Shown here piece by piece: positions 63,740 to 64,000 of a stretch of 64,000 bases of DNA (positions are counted from its first letter, which is position 1; each line of letters opens with the position of its first letter). Source of the DNA: Phoronis australis (lineage: Eukaryota; Animalia; Phoronida); NCBI GenBank assembly GCA_002633005.1, contig NMRA01000030.1:1-64000 (forward strand). Direction: 5' to 3'. The position numbers and the translations under genes were made by a program. Below the pieces are notes generated by a model, which was not told the origin of the DNA, made no database searches, and saw only the letters and a program-made list of their open reading frames with translations.

Positions 63740-64000
63740 GTTTGTAGATGTATTTTTTATTTGTATTATTTCTGCATTCACAAGATAAGACATTTAACAT
63801 TTTCATTTTAGGTTTTTTAGTTCTAAGCTGTATTTCCTAATCACTTTTTCTATGTGTTGGCATGAATTGCTTTTTACTGATACCCAGTGAAGTTGTCTGT
63901 GCAATGGATTCTGGGAGGTAGCCATTAAAAAGTCAAAACTACCAGAGGAGCGTGCGCAGACATTTCAGAATGGAGCTTGCATGAGGTGTAACTTGGTATA

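Overview
AT-rich, intron-containing genomic DNA from an invertebrate animal (lophotrochozoan-like repeat landscape; species not determinable from the sequence), draft assembly with N gaps at 3206, 5061, 6281-6304 and 13112. I could reconstruct four protein-coding genes by hand from splice sites and phases. (1) A single-coding-exon TRIM-NHL E3 ligase (7015-8943, +). (2) The last four coding exons of a TJAP1/BEGAIN-family gene (14044-17881, +). (3) A complete 5-exon WDR25 orthologue (58978-31778, -, 540 aa). (4) The first five coding exons of a probable SERAC1 (59322-63739, +), head-to-head with WDR25. The rest is introns, probable long UTRs and repeats: two families of Helentron-like non-autonomous elements (one carrying ~150-bp subunits that each hold a CTCF-like motif), three PIF/Harbinger MITEs with TAA TSDs, a Tc1/mariner MITE, hAT-like MITEs, an LTR, two Penelope relics (one with a decayed hammerhead ribozyme, one split by a tRNA-SINE), a 77-bp palindromic insertion with a 9-bp TSD, and several minisatellites. 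I found no CRISPR array or prokaryotic system. All gene identities come from recalled family motifs, not from database searches.
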